Source: a virus. Taken from it: a stretch of DNA of 64,000 nt. Positions 38,642-48,405 of this stretch are shown here, in pieces. The notes beneath the pieces were generated by a model, which was not told the origin of the DNA, made no database searches, and saw nothing but the letters and a program-made list of their open reading frames with translations. The stretch spans positions 7,847 to 71,846 of IMG/VR virus record IMGVR_UViG_3300027965_000004; one strand, 5' to 3'. Position 1 is the first letter of the stretch; every line of letters starts with the position of its first letter. The translations under genes were made by a program, and so were the position numbers.

Positions 38642-39103
38642 CTACTGGCTGACCATGACGGTAAACCAGAAGATCGCGCCGGCGCCGGTGAAGAGCAGTG
38701 ACAGAATCATCCCGAGCAGCGCGGTCCCGCTGTCCTTGCCCTGGACCAAGCCGCACAACCCCAGGATGAACCCCACCAGCCCCACGACCGGCACGCACAG
38801 CGCGACGATGGCAAAGACCAGGGCCAGCTTGCCGAGGCTGATGCCCTTCCCCTTCGACTTCTTTTCCTTCTGCTCCCGGATGACGTGATACACCACCTGG
38901 GGGGCCGGCTTTTCCGCCGCCGGCCTCCCCTTCTCCGCCTTGGCCGCGGCCGGCGGTTCCTCGGGGTCAAGGGGTATCTCGACCGACTCCGGCTGCGGCA
39001 CGCGCATCGGCTCCCCGCACTTGACGCAGGTGCGAACCTTGCCGGCGGATTCGTCGCGGACGTTGTACGCCTGGCCGCACGCCGGGCACCGGAAGCGAAT
39101 CAT
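38642..39103 (-). CDS. Zn-ribbon plus two-TM (DUF4190-like) membrane protein moron
   Basis: MIRFRCPACG...CVKCG; C-terminal TM pair; GGAGG RBS. Confidence 0.8.
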   Translation of the reverse strand: MIRFRCPACGQAYNVRDESAGKVRTCVKCGEPMRVPQPESVEIPLDPEEPPAAAKAEKGRPAAEKPAPQVVYHVIREQKEKKSKGKGISLGKLALVFAIVALCVPVVGLVGFILGLCGLVQGKDSGTALLGMILSLLFTGAGAIFWFTVMVSQ

Positions 39104-39182
39104 GGGAACCTCCTTCGTCGTGGCCTAAGAGTCCCGATTATCGCAGCTGAGCCGACGCCCCGCAAGCCCCCGTCCTCGATTT

Positions 39183-39250
39183 TTGACCCCGGCCGGCCGC
39201 CCGTGCTACCATCAACCCCGCTCAACCGCCGAGCGGCCCCGTGGTAGACT
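39183..39250 (+). promoter_or_regulatory. tandem class A (TTGACC-N18-TACCAT) and class B (GCTCAACCGC-N15-TAGACT) promoters for lysis cassette
   Basis: both motifs recur elsewhere. Confidence 0.65.
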
Positions 39251-39523
39251 CAGGCCAGACGAGTCGCCCCGGACCCGAGGCCCGAACAATTACCGAGGAA
39301 GCACCTCCCCCATCACGTCGCGTGACCCCACCGTCCCCCGACCCGCAGCGTCCGCCACCTCGCCGCCGAGCGGCCGCGCCCCGCCCCCCGCGGGGCGCGG
39401 CCCGCTGTCTTTCCGGCCGGTCCGGGCGCCCGTGCTTTGGGGCGGGACGGTCCGCCCACGGAGCGGGGCGGCGCCGGCCCGGTTTCATGCCCCCGCCCCC
39501 TCCCCCCGACCCGGTAGCCCGCG

Positions 39524-39832
39524 ATGGAATGGCTCGTCTTCGCCCGTGACTTCGGACTCCCCACGGTCCTTTTGGTCGGTCTGTGCCTGGGCCTCTGGCG
39601 CGCCGGTAAATGGGTCGGCCAGAAGTGCGAGTGGCTGATGGAGAACATCGTCAAGCCCATCGGCCGGCGCCACGTCGAACACCTGGACTTTCTGGAGCGC
39701 AACCAGGCGCAGAACAGCCAGGTGTTGGCGGAGAACGGCAAGGTGCTGGACAAGATCGCCGACTCCCAGATCAGCATGGCCGCCGACCTGAAGGCCCTGC
39801 GCCAATCCCACGAATCCGCCCGCGAGAAGTAA
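39524..39832 (+). CDS. putative holin-like membrane protein
   Basis: N-terminal TM then coiled coil; first gene after tail. Confidence 0.55.
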   Translation: MEWLVFARDFGLPTVLLVGLCLGLWRAGKWVGQKCEWLMENIVKPIGRRHVEHLDFLERNQAQNSQVLAENGKVLDKIADSQISMAADLKALRQSHESAREK

Positions 39833-39835
39833 CCC

Positions 39836-40519
39836 ATGCGTATCCGTCTTTGGCTCCACGACCTGTTGACCGGCTCCATCCACCGGACCCTGAACCGCCG
39901 GACGGAGAAGCTGGCCGGCGCCGAGCACGCCCGCGTCGGCCGCAACCTGTGGACGCTTCAGGGCTACATCGCCCGGGCGAAGGACCTGGGGGCCGAACCG
40001 ACCCCGCCGCCGCCGGTGGCTCCGGCCGCGCCGAAGTCCGGCCCCACCGGATACGAGGCGGTCAGCCTGGCCGGCAGCCTCGCCAGCCTGGTCGGCGTCA
40101 TCCTGCTCTTCCTCCAGGCGGCCGGCTGGTTGCACCTGCCGCACCCGGGCCCGGCCCCCGTGCCGCCGGCACCCGCCCCCGTGGACCCGCTCACCGCCAC
40201 GCTCCAGGCGGCCTACGCCGCCGACCCCGCGCCCGACAAGGCCGCGAAACTTCAAGCCCTCCAAAGCATCTGGACCTTGGCCCCGGCCGCCGCCGACGAC
40301 CCCGCGATGGCCACCGCGGCAGACCTGCTCGCCAAGCTGCATAACGCCGCGCAGCAGCTCGTCGGCGACTCCCTGCCGGGGGTGCGCAAGGCTATCGAGA
40401 CGGAGCTAGACAAGGCCCTGCCCACGAACCCGGCGCAGGCCCTCGACCCGGCCACGCGCCAGGCCTGCAAGGCGGCCTTTACCCGCATCGCCACGTCCCT
40501 CTCCGGAGTACAACCCTGA
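39836..40519 (+). CDS. membrane-anchored protein (lysis cassette)
   Basis: single TM, Pro linker, helical domain. Confidence 0.6.
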   Translation: MRIRLWLHDLLTGSIHRTLNRRTEKLAGAEHARVGRNLWTLQGYIARAKDLGAEPTPPPPVAPAAPKSGPTGYEAVSLAGSLASLVGVILLFLQAAGWLHLPHPGPAPVPPAPAPVDPLTATLQAAYAADPAPDKAAKLQALQSIWTLAPAAADDPAMATAADLLAKLHNAAQQLVGDSLPGVRKAIETELDKALPTNPAQALDPATRQACKAAFTRIATSLSGVQP

Positions 40520-41469
40520 TGCCGCCACTCGGCTTTCTCCGCAAACGCGACCGCAACGCGGCGCAGCACGCCGTTCATGCCGCCGCCGAGGCCCGCATGG
40601 CCCGGTGTCACGGCCTGGCCGCGCCGGACGTCCCCAAGGGGACGAAGGTCATCCTGGCCGACGCCTGGAAGGACCCGGCCGTGGTCGCCGACCTGGGCTT
40701 CGCCTTCCCGCGCTACCGACAAGTTACGGGCTCGTGCGTCGGCGCCGGCGGGGGCAACGCCCTGATGACCCTGATCTGCGTGCAGCGCAAGCTCGCCGCC
40801 AGCCCCACCAAGGCCGTATTGCCCTTCTGGCCCTTCGATTACGGCCGCTGTCGTTATAACGAGGGCGACCGCGGCCAGGGCGAAGGCGCCATGGGCTCGT
40901 CCTTCGCGGACACCGTGGTCAAGGAAGGCGTCTTGGACGCCAACGAGGCCGGGCTGCCGGCGTTCCAAAACGACGACGGCCTGGCGCTCACCGAGCAACT
41001 GGAGATGCAGTGGTCCGACGGTGGCTCGCCGCTGGTGACGAAGTGGCTCCAGACGGCCGCCAAGTTCCCGCTCGGCAGCGCCACGCCCTGCAAGTCCAGC
41101 CAGGACATCAAGGCCCTGGTCCTCAACGGCTTCCCCGGCTCCTTCGCCTGCGACAACTACATCGGCCACGCCTCCGTCCAGGGCTCAGGCGCCGACGCCG
41201 CGGCGGTCGGGTATTGGGACGGCAACGGCGGCCACCAGCAGTATTTCATCGGCTACTGGGAAAACCCGACCTTGGGGCCGCTGTACGGCATCGGCAACAA
41301 CTGGCAGGGCTCGACCTACCCCCAAGACCCGGGCGGGCTGCCGACCTGCTGCTGCTGGGTGACGGAGGCCCACGTCGACGCCGCCTTCCGCCTGGACGCC
41401 GAGGTGTACGGGTTCTCGCACCTGACGTGGTTCCCCGCCCAGCCGGCCGTGCTCAGCTGGTACGTGTAG
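40519..41469 (+). CDS. papain-like (C1) cysteine peptidase, putative lysin
   Basis: QVTGSCVG, GGHQ, NNWQG catalytic motifs. Confidence 0.75.
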   Translation: MPPLGFLRKRDRNAAQHAVHAAAEARMARCHGLAAPDVPKGTKVILADAWKDPAVVADLGFAFPRYRQVTGSCVGAGGGNALMTLICVQRKLAASPTKAVLPFWPFDYGRCRYNEGDRGQGEGAMGSSFADTVVKEGVLDANEAGLPAFQNDDGLALTEQLEMQWSDGGSPLVTKWLQTAAKFPLGSATPCKSSQDIKALVLNGFPGSFACDNYIGHASVQGSGADAAAVGYWDGNGGHQQYFIGYWENPTLGPLYGIGNNWQGSTYPQDPGGLPTCCCWVTEAHVDAAFRLDAEVYGFSHLTWFPAQPAVLSWYV

Positions 41470-41516
41470 CCAATTTATTCCCACCAAAACCCATTCGCCC
41501 CCCCGCAAGGAATCCC

Positions 41517-41771
41517 ATGGACACCGCCACCGTTACCAAGGTCCTGACCGCGCTCTTGGCCGCCATCCGGCGGGGCGAGGTCGTCTTCCCGAGTGCCCAG
41601 GCGCTCAAGGGCGCCGAGGGCGCCGTGGAGTACATCCTGGGTCACCCGTTCGCGCTGGAGATCGCGGCCGTCGCCTTCCAGAGCGGCGGGGCGCTGCTGT
41701 CGTTCCTGGCCGGCCGCTTCGGCATCCCGGTCAGCGTCATCGAGGCGGTGCTGGCGGACGCCGGCCTGTAA
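41517..41771 (+). CDS. hypothetical protein
   Basis: AAGGA RBS. Confidence 0.6.
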   Translation: MDTATVTKVLTALLAAIRRGEVVFPSAQALKGAEGAVEYILGHPFALEIAAVAFQSGGALLSFLAGRFGIPVSVIEAVLADAGL

Positions 41772-41917
41772 TGCCCGCCTGGCTCCGCCCCCTCCTGACG
41801 CGCTGGGTGCTCCTCATGGTGCCGTGGGTCTGGACCAACTTCGCCGTCCCCGCCGCGGCCGTCCTGGGGTTCCTGGTGGCCGTCCTGATTATCGTGCTCT
41901 CCGGGGACACCGACTGA
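41771..41917 (+). CDS. small membrane protein
   Basis: TAATG coupling; hydrophobic. Confidence 0.5.
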   Translation: MPAWLRPLLTRWVLLMVPWVWTNFAVPAAAVLGFLVAVLIIVLSGDTD

Positions 41918-42117
41918 TGGCCGCGGCCGCGCTCCTCGCCGTCCTGTACCTGGCCGTCGCCGTGGCGGTCTCCCTGGTGGCCCGCGCCGCCGTAGACCCC
42001 TACGGCCATTTCACGCCGCGGCGGGACTGGTGGCAGGCGGTGCTGATCGGCGTCTTTTGGCTGCCGCTTTTGGCGTGGCTGATCGGCGTGGTGGTCTACT
42101 ACGACCTGAAAGGTTGA
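41917..42117 (+). CDS. small membrane protein
   Basis: TGATG coupling; two TMs. Confidence 0.55.
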   Translation: MAAAALLAVLYLAVAVAVSLVARAAVDPYGHFTPRRDWWQAVLIGVFWLPLLAWLIGVVVYYDLKG

Positions 42118-42121
42118 CATC

Positions 42122-42802
42122 GTGTCCAAGATCCTGCAAACCCTGATCGTGTCCGTCGCGCTGGCGCTGCCGGCGTTGTTCGCCGCCCACCGCATCCACG
42201 CGAGCATCGACCACCTCCGGCCGCCGGCGGCGACCGTGACCGTGGATCACGTCGCGCTGGCCAAGGCCGCCTTCGCGCTGGCCGAGGCCAACCGGCCGGT
42301 TTCGGCCGCACCCGAGACGATCCCGGCCCCGAAGCCGGCGCCGCCGGCTGACGGCTTTTTCACGCCGCCGGCTTCCGGCGCCGCGCCCACGTCCCGGTGC
42401 GCATGCAGCGGCCCGGCCTCCTGTACCTGCCCCAAGGGTGAGTGCGCGTGTGCCGCCTGCGCGTGGACCTGGGACCTGCGGGCGTTTGAGGCCGCGAAAA
42501 CGCAGCGTCGGCAACTGCCGGTCGTGGTGTGGGTGGGACAACCGGCGCCGCCCCTGATGGGGATGCTCTCGTTTTCCGCCGACGATTACGCCGACACGCC
42601 GCGGCCGGGCGCCGTCGTGCTCCGGCCGGACGGCGGTGATCTGATCGTCGTGAAGCGGTTCGCCGGCACGCCGTCCGGGGACGACCTCCGCGCCGCCCTG
42701 AACCCGGCGCGGCAGGTACCGGCCGCCCCCGCCCCGGTCTTCTACCCGCCGGCCCCGGCCTTCCTGCCGTCCTTCGGCGGGGGCCGGTCCTGCCGCGGGT
42801 GA
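42122..42802 (+). CDS. secreted Cys-cluster protein
   Basis: signal peptide; CAC..CTC..CACAAC. Confidence 0.6.
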   Translation: MSKILQTLIVSVALALPALFAAHRIHASIDHLRPPAATVTVDHVALAKAAFALAEANRPVSAAPETIPAPKPAPPADGFFTPPASGAAPTSRCACSGPASCTCPKGECACAACAWTWDLRAFEAAKTQRRQLPVVVWVGQPAPPLMGMLSFSADDYADTPRPGAVVLRPDGGDLIVVKRFAGTPSGDDLRAALNPARQVPAAPAPVFYPPAPAFLPSFGGGRSCRG

Positions 42803-43035
42803 GGTTGAGCGCTCCCGGCCGGTCGGCCGTCCCCCCCTGACTTCGCCCGCGTCCCCCGGAGACCCCCGATGGTCGCTTACGTTTCCTACTGGCACGCCGT
42901 CCCGGACGCGCTGGATTTTTTCGGCTCGTGCGGCTGATCCGGGACTACCGCACGGACCACGCCTGGCGGGACGTGTCCGGCGACTGCCGCTGTCCCCTGT
43001 GCCGCCAGGGCCCGCTCCACCCCCGCCGCTGAGTC

Positions 43036-43677
43036 ATGCCCCGCACCGCCAAACGCCGAGCACGCCTGCCCTTGACCGCGGACCAGCAAGCCCTGGCCGA
43101 GCGCTGGCGGTTCCTGGCGGTCAAAGTGGCCCACAAGGTGTGGTACGGCCAGCGGCGCCGGCCCAACTGCACGCTGGACGATCTGGTCCAGGCCGGCTGC
43201 CTGGGCGTCCTCTACGCCGCCCGCTGCTACCGGGCCGGCCACGCCGCCGGCGCCCGCTTCGCGACCTACGCCTACAAGGCGGCCCTTTCCTGGGTCCTCA
43301 AGGAGCTGGCCCAGGGCGTGATCCACGTACCGGAGGCCACCGCCCGCCGCGTCCGCAAGGCCCGCGCGGGCAAGACGCAGCCCGACGCCGAGGTTTGCTC
43401 CGCCGAACGGGCCTACGCCTGCGAGTTGATCGGCGGCGGGGAGGAGGATTTCGAGGCCCCGCCGGAAGACCCCTTTGCCCACGAGGACCTGGCCCGGGCC
43501 CTGGGCAAGCTCCGCGGCGCCGACCGGGATTTCCTGCTCGAGCGCTTCGGGCTGGACGGCCGGGGCGGCGCCACCCTGGACCACTTCGCCGCCCGGTTGG
43601 GCATCACCCGCGAAGGGGTCCGCCGGCGCCAGCAGCGCATCCTGGGGGAACTGCGGAGGCACCTTGAGGCCGCATGA
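43036..43677 (+). CDS. sigma70-family RNA polymerase sigma factor
   Basis: region 2 DDLVQAGCLG...ARFATYA; region 4 RFGLDG...LGITREGVRR. Confidence 0.88.
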   Translation: MPRTAKRRARLPLTADQQALAERWRFLAVKVAHKVWYGQRRRPNCTLDDLVQAGCLGVLYAARCYRAGHAAGARFATYAYKAALSWVLKELAQGVIHVPEATARRVRKARAGKTQPDAEVCSAERAYACELIGGGEEDFEAPPEDPFAHEDLARALGKLRGADRDFLLERFGLDGRGGATLDHFAARLGITREGVRRRQQRILGELRRHLEAA

Positions 43678-44147
43678 CCCGCCGCGAACGCGATCGACTC
43701 CGCCGCCTGCTCGCCGCGCTCGAGGTGCCGGATTGTACGTGCCCGCTGGATTATGCCTGCCCGTGCGACGAATCCTGTGAGCCGGGCGCCGACTGCCCGT
43801 GTTGCCGCGGCGGGTGCGGGCACCCGCCCAAACGGAATCAGCCGCCGTGCCGACACGTTCTCGGCAAGACGCATGAACTAACGATCGGCGAATGGGCCGA
43901 GTTGCTCACCGCCGCCTGGCCCAAGCTGTACGCCGATCGGCCGGCGCCGCCCACGCCCCACCGCTGCCTCCGCCGGAACGCCAGGGTCGCGGCGCTCGCG
44001 CGACGGGCGCGAGAGGGGGTCGCGCTCTGGCACCCGGCGGACCTAAAACGCAACGACCCCCGCACCCCGCGAATCGGGTTCGTCGGCGAGCCCGCCCGCG
44101 GGAATTTCGCCGACGGCCCCCTCAAGGTACTCACCCATGCCGAATGA
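43674..44147 (+). CDS. Cys-rich hypothetical protein
   Basis: ATGA coupled; ARRAREGVALWHPAD resembles 4138 ORF. Confidence 0.55.
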   Translation: MTRRERDRLRRLLAALEVPDCTCPLDYACPCDESCEPGADCPCCRGGCGHPPKRNQPPCRHVLGKTHELTIGEWAELLTAAWPKLYADRPAPPTPHRCLRRNARVAALARRAREGVALWHPADLKRNDPRTPRIGFVGEPARGNFADGPLKVLTHAE

Positions 44148-44697
44148 TTCCGCCCTGGTCCTGTCCGCCGACGAACACCACGACCTGAGCACGCTCGAGG
44201 CCAAGGTGTCCGGCGGCCTCTCGACCTTCTACGAGGTCGGTCAGGCCCTCCTGGAGATCCGCGAGCGGAAATTGTACCGCGCCGCGTTTTCGAGCTGGGA
44301 CGCCTACTGCAAACTCCGCTGGGGCTTCGGTCGCTCCCAGGGGTATCGGCTCATCACCGCGGCCATCCTCACCGACCAGCGGACGGCCGCCGGCGAACCG
44401 CCCCCGGAAAACGAACACCAGGCCCGCCTTCAGCAACTCCGGGACAAGGCCCTCGAAACCCTCACCCCGGAAGAGCAGCGGGCGGTGATCGAGGCCGACG
44501 AACACCAGCAGACCGAGGCCGACGCCAGGGAGGCGCGGCAGCAGGACGGCGCCGGCCAGGCCGAACGGGTCAAGCAGGGCGAGCGCCTCCTGAAGCGCGC
44601 CGCCAAGGTCTTCCGCGGGTTAGGCCCCGAAGGGGAACAGGTCTGCGAGTGGGTCGAGAAGGCCCTTGCCGCGGCCCGCGAGATCGTTACCATATGA
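44137..44697 (+). CDS. conserved phage protein
   Basis: TFYEVGQALLEIRERKLYR...YCKLRWG. Confidence 0.7.
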   Translation: MPNDSALVLSADEHHDLSTLEAKVSGGLSTFYEVGQALLEIRERKLYRAAFSSWDAYCKLRWGFGRSQGYRLITAAILTDQRTAAGEPPPENEHQARLQQLRDKALETLTPEEQRAVIEADEHQQTEADAREARQQDGAGQAERVKQGERLLKRAAKVFRGLGPEGEQVCEWVEKALAAAREIVTI

Positions 44698-44741
44698 GAC
44701 GGGAGACGGGTGATCGGGCGACACCCTTTCCCGATGGGCTT

Positions 44742-44780
44742 GGCGGCCGGGGAATCATCCTCTCCCCGGCCGTTTTTGTT
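44742..44780 (+). terminator. intrinsic terminator
   Basis: CGGCCGGGGA/TCCCCGGCCG stem plus T-tract. Confidence 0.6.
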
Positions 44781-44818
44781 CCCGGTTGCGCCGGCCCACG
44801 CTTAACTGGTTGTCCCGC

Positions 44819-44847
44819 TTGACCATGCGCTGACGTTCGGGCATAAT
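44819..44847 (+). promoter_or_regulatory. sigma70-type promoter
   Basis: TTGACC-N17-CATAAT. Confidence 0.55.
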
Positions 44848-44915
44848 AGAGGAGCTTCGGCCGGCGTGGCGTCGCGCCGGCCGGCGGACTCCGTCGGCCC
44901 GGAGCAGCGCCGCCT

Positions 44916-45251
44916 ATGTCCAGCCCCGCCACCCCCCCCGATGACCGCCGCCTGTGGGCCACGCTCCCCCAGCTGGCCGAGGAGTTCGGCGTCAACGCCG
45001 AACAACTGCGCCAGTGGCTCAAACCCTTGCGCCAAGACCCCGGCAACTGGCGCCCGATCGAAAACGCCGCCGTCAACGAGGCGCGCGGCGAGTTCCGCCG
45101 CGCGGCCGTGGTCGCCATCGTTTCCGTCAGACGGAGGGAGGCCAAGAAAAAATATCTGGCCGCGATGGGCCTGAATTGCGAGGATTGCGCGGCCTGCGGC
45201 CGAATCCGGCTGTCGGATGACAACACGGCGTCGGCGGAGCGGGTAGACTAG
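44916..45251 (+). CDS. HTH-like hypothetical protein
   Basis: TLPQLAEEFGVNAEQLRQW. Confidence 0.55.
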   Translation: MSSPATPPDDRRLWATLPQLAEEFGVNAEQLRQWLKPLRQDPGNWRPIENAAVNEARGEFRRAAVVAIVSVRRREAKKKYLAAMGLNCEDCAACGRIRLSDDNTASAERVD

Positions 45252-45311
45252 AGCCAACCGGCCCCGTGCCGTATGGGGCCCGACCGCTTTCAACGCCGAG
45301 AGCCACCCGTC

Positions 45312-45644
45312 ATGCGTGTCGCACCCCCCCCGGACCACGAAGACCTGAAAGACCGCCTCCACGAACTGCTGGTCCAAAAAATCAAGGAAATCCCCGGCTC
45401 CCGTTGCTGCCGCTTCGAGGGGGCCACCGACCCCCGCCGCGGCGCGGGCGTGGTGAAGGTCGCCGGCCGCGTCCACACCCTGGCCCGCGTGCTGCTCTAC
45501 GTGTACCGCGGCCTGGAGCTCGGGTTCGACCTGGACGACCACGCCACCAAGGTCCGCCGCACCTGCGCGACCCGCGGCTGTGCCAACTGGGAGCACTGGC
45601 AGCCGGTGCCGCGCGCGGCCGCCCCCGCCCGCCGCGCGGCCTGA
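45312..45644 (+). CDS. degenerate HNH-like protein
   Basis: VRRTCATRGCANWEH. Confidence 0.5.
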   Translation: MRVAPPPDHEDLKDRLHELLVQKIKEIPGSRCCRFEGATDPRRGAGVVKVAGRVHTLARVLLYVYRGLELGFDLDDHATKVRRTCATRGCANWEHWQPVPRAAAPARRAA

Positions 45645-45902
45645 GCCGATCCCTTTCCCCCCCCCCTTTGGAGCGCCGCCATGTTCGTCGGCTGGGCACT
45701 GTGGCGCCGGCGCCGCTCACTGCGCTGGCGGAAGGTCTGCACCGGAACCACCCTGGAGAATTGCGAGCGCCGACTGAATTACCACCTGGATACCGTCACG
45801 TCTGCGGCGCAGGAGTTGGGCCGCGTGGTCTTACCCCTGGGGGTGCCGCCGATCGACCGGCCCGGGACTTCGGAAAAGCGCCGCCGGGCCGCCTGAATGC
45901 CG

Positions 45903-45931
45903 TTGACGCAAGCCGATGCCGGTTGTATGCT
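45903..45931 (+). promoter_or_regulatory. sigma70-type promoter
   Basis: TTGACG-N17-TATGCT. Confidence 0.6.
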
Positions 45932-45982
45932 AGGGTCAACTGGTCAGACCACTTTTCCCTTTTGCGAAAAGGAGCATCCGTT

Positions 45983-46315
45983 ATGACGGCCGTTGCGGAC
46001 AAACCCGGGAGCGAGGCCGGCCTCGGCCAGCAGCACGGCTTCCGGCTCAACGACACCTTCACGCCGGTCTGCTACGCGCGCAACCTCAACGCGGCCCCGC
46101 CGGGCATCGTCGGCGGGCTGCTCCACGGCCGGCTGCCGATGGGGACCTGGTGGGAGGTCGGCGTGACGGGCGGGGCGGTCTGCCTCCGCGCCATCCCCGC
46201 CGGCGACGTACCGGCCGCCGTGACGAGCGCGGCCCGCACCAACCCCGCGGCCAACTACTTCGGCCCGCGCGGCGAGCTGATCCCGCTGGAGGCGGCGCCG
46301 GCCACGACCGGGTGA
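45983..46315 (+). CDS. hypothetical protein
   Basis: AAGGAG RBS after promoter. Confidence 0.6.
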   Translation: MTAVADKPGSEAGLGQQHGFRLNDTFTPVCYARNLNAAPPGIVGGLLHGRLPMGTWWEVGVTGGAVCLRAIPAGDVPAAVTSAARTNPAANYFGPRGELIPLEAAPATTG

Positions 46316-46518
46316 CGGCCAAGGTGCCCGCGGCCTGAGCGGCCGCGGGCGCCTCACCTTCCTTCACCGGCCGGTGTCGCCTTCGGGTGGTGCCGGCCGT
46401 TTTCGTGAGGTCCGTCGTATGGGGATCGCCTGTCTGCTGGCCGTCGCCGCCCGCCTCGTCGCCGCCGCCCGCAACCGTCGCCGCGCCACGACCCGTCACC
46501 ACCAAGAGGAGTAACCTC

Positions 46519-48336
46519 ATGCCCCCCGCCGTCCTCTGGACCCCCGACCGTTTGGCCGCGGGCCGCGCCCGCTTCGCCGCCGACCCCTTCGACCCGGACG
46601 CCGGCCCGGGCGCGCTGGCCACGGCCGCCGTGCTGACCGCCCCGGGCGCCGGCGCCGACGGACTGGCCGCCCAGGCCGCCCAGGCCGCCTTGGCCTGGAA
46701 CCCGCGGCCCGAACCGGGGAACCTGGCCGACGACTGGCGCGCCGGGGGGCTCGGCCCGGTCCTGGCCTACGCCTGGTGCGCCGCCGCGTTCGCCCCCGCC
46801 GACCGCGCCGCCCTCAAGGACCGCCTGGTGGGCTGGTGCGACCAGTGCCAGGCGTGGGCCGAGGGCGAGGGGGTGGACGTCGAGACGGGGAATTACTTCC
46901 TGGGCTTCGCGCAGAACCGGCTGGTGCTGGGGGCCGCGCTCGCCGGCGAGGACCCGGACACCGCCGGGCGGCTCGTCCAGCCCACGCTCGACCGCCTGGC
47001 CGCCTGGCTGGCCGCCCACCCGGGGGGCGTCCCCGGCGAGGGCACGGGCTACGGCCACGCCGGGCTGGCGTACCTGGCGCTGCCGGCGCTGCTCTACCCC
47101 GACGCCTTCCGCTCCCCGTACCTGCGCGCCGCGGTCGTGTACCTCTGCCACAGCGTCAGCCCGACGCCGATGGCCGCCAACGGCACCGACGAGCGCGTCT
47201 TCCAGTGCTTCCCCTTCGCGGACGTCGAGGACACCGGCTGCGGGGCGGTCGATTACTTCCCCGGCCGGGCGCGCACCTACCTCACCACGTTCCTGACGGG
47301 CATGGCCGGGCTGTTCGCCGGCGAGCCTTACGGCGGCTACGCGAGCTGGCTCCTGGGGCTCATCGCCCCGATGGGCGTCCGGGCCGACCCGTGGGTGCGC
47401 TACGCCGTCGACCCGCCCGCGCCGCGGCCGCCGGCCGACCTGCCGCGGGCGCACGACGGCGGCAGCCACGTCTTCTTCCGCGACTCCTGGGGGCCGGACG
47501 CGGTGCGCGGCATGGTCCAGCTCTACCGCGCCGCCGGCCACGAGCACAACGCCCAGGGGTCGTACCAGCTCGCCGCGGGCGCGGACTGGGTGACCCAGGA
47601 GCAGGCGGGCTACTCCGGCGACGCGCCGTTCACCTTCGGCGACGCCGGCGAGGCGTGGGCGCATAACACGCTGGTCTTCCCGACCGGCCACGACGGCGAT
47701 TACCCCTACGGCGTCGGGCCGATCCGCGCCTGGCAGCAGGGGCCGCCGCTGGTGCTGGCCCTGCGCGACACGCCCGGCTGGTTCTACCTGGCGGCGCAGC
47801 TCGAGGGGCAGTACCAGAGTTCGCGGGGCGACATCGCCACGGTGCCGGCCGGCTGGGTGGGCCGGTCCTGGGCCTTCCTGCGCGACGTGCGCGTGCTCGT
47901 CGTCACCGACTGGTTCGACGTGCCCGGCACGACCCCGACCCACCTGTGGCAGTCGCGCGGCCCGCTGGCGCGGCTGGAAGGGAACCGCTGGCAGGTGGGC
48001 GGCGGCAAGGTCCTCGAGACCCTGTACCCGCCGAACCCGGCCTACGAGGTCCTGGACTGCGGCGCGCACGGCTGGCCGCTGTTCGCCGGCTACCAGCTCC
48101 GCGTCGCCAGCCCCAACGCCGCCGGCGGCGCCATGCACCACGCGGTCCGGCTGGGCGACCCCGCGGTGCCCGTGGCCCTGGACGTGCCGCGCATCCACGT
48201 CGGCCCCCACACCCTGACGTGGCCCGGCGACTCGCCGTGGGACATCACGATCGACGGCGTGCCGGTCCACCGCGTCGAGACGCAGCGCGTCTCCCCGTCC
48301 GGGGTGGTCTGGGGGAGGGCGCCGGCGGCGGGGTAG
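46519..48336 (+). CDS. heparinase II/III-like polysaccharide lyase
   Basis: helical N-domain with NY and GEGTGYG; FFRDSW, GHEHNAQGSYQL, AHNTLVF. Confidence 0.7.
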   Translation: MPPAVLWTPDRLAAGRARFAADPFDPDAGPGALATAAVLTAPGAGADGLAAQAAQAALAWNPRPEPGNLADDWRAGGLGPVLAYAWCAAAFAPADRAALKDRLVGWCDQCQAWAEGEGVDVETGNYFLGFAQNRLVLGAALAGEDPDTAGRLVQPTLDRLAAWLAAHPGGVPGEGTGYGHAGLAYLALPALLYPDAFRSPYLRAAVVYLCHSVSPTPMAANGTDERVFQCFPFADVEDTGCGAVDYFPGRARTYLTTFLTGMAGLFAGEPYGGYASWLLGLIAPMGVRADPWVRYAVDPPAPRPPADLPRAHDGGSHVFFRDSWGPDAVRGMVQLYRAAGHEHNAQGSYQLAAGADWVTQEQAGYSGDAPFTFGDAGEAWAHNTLVFPTGHDGDYPYGVGPIRAWQQGPPLVLALRDTPGWFYLAAQLEGQYQSSRGDIATVPAGWVGRSWAFLRDVRVLVVTDWFDVPGTTPTHLWQSRGPLARLEGNRWQVGGGKVLETLYPPNPAYEVLDCGAHGWPLFAGYQLRVASPNAAGGAMHHAVRLGDPAVPVALDVPRIHVGPHTLTWPGDSPWDITIDGVPVHRVETQRVSPSGVVWGRAPAAG

Positions 48337-48405
48337 AATGGATGGCAGCGGGTGGCAGCCGGAACGGCGGCCGGGTGGTCTGACCACCCGGCCGATTTTC
48401 CCTGG

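Noticed and set aside
37469-39154. 8-bp CTGAGCCG direct repeat as target-site duplication around the morons
   Set aside because: Too short for GC-rich DNA, and the right copy lies inside a promoter-like element.
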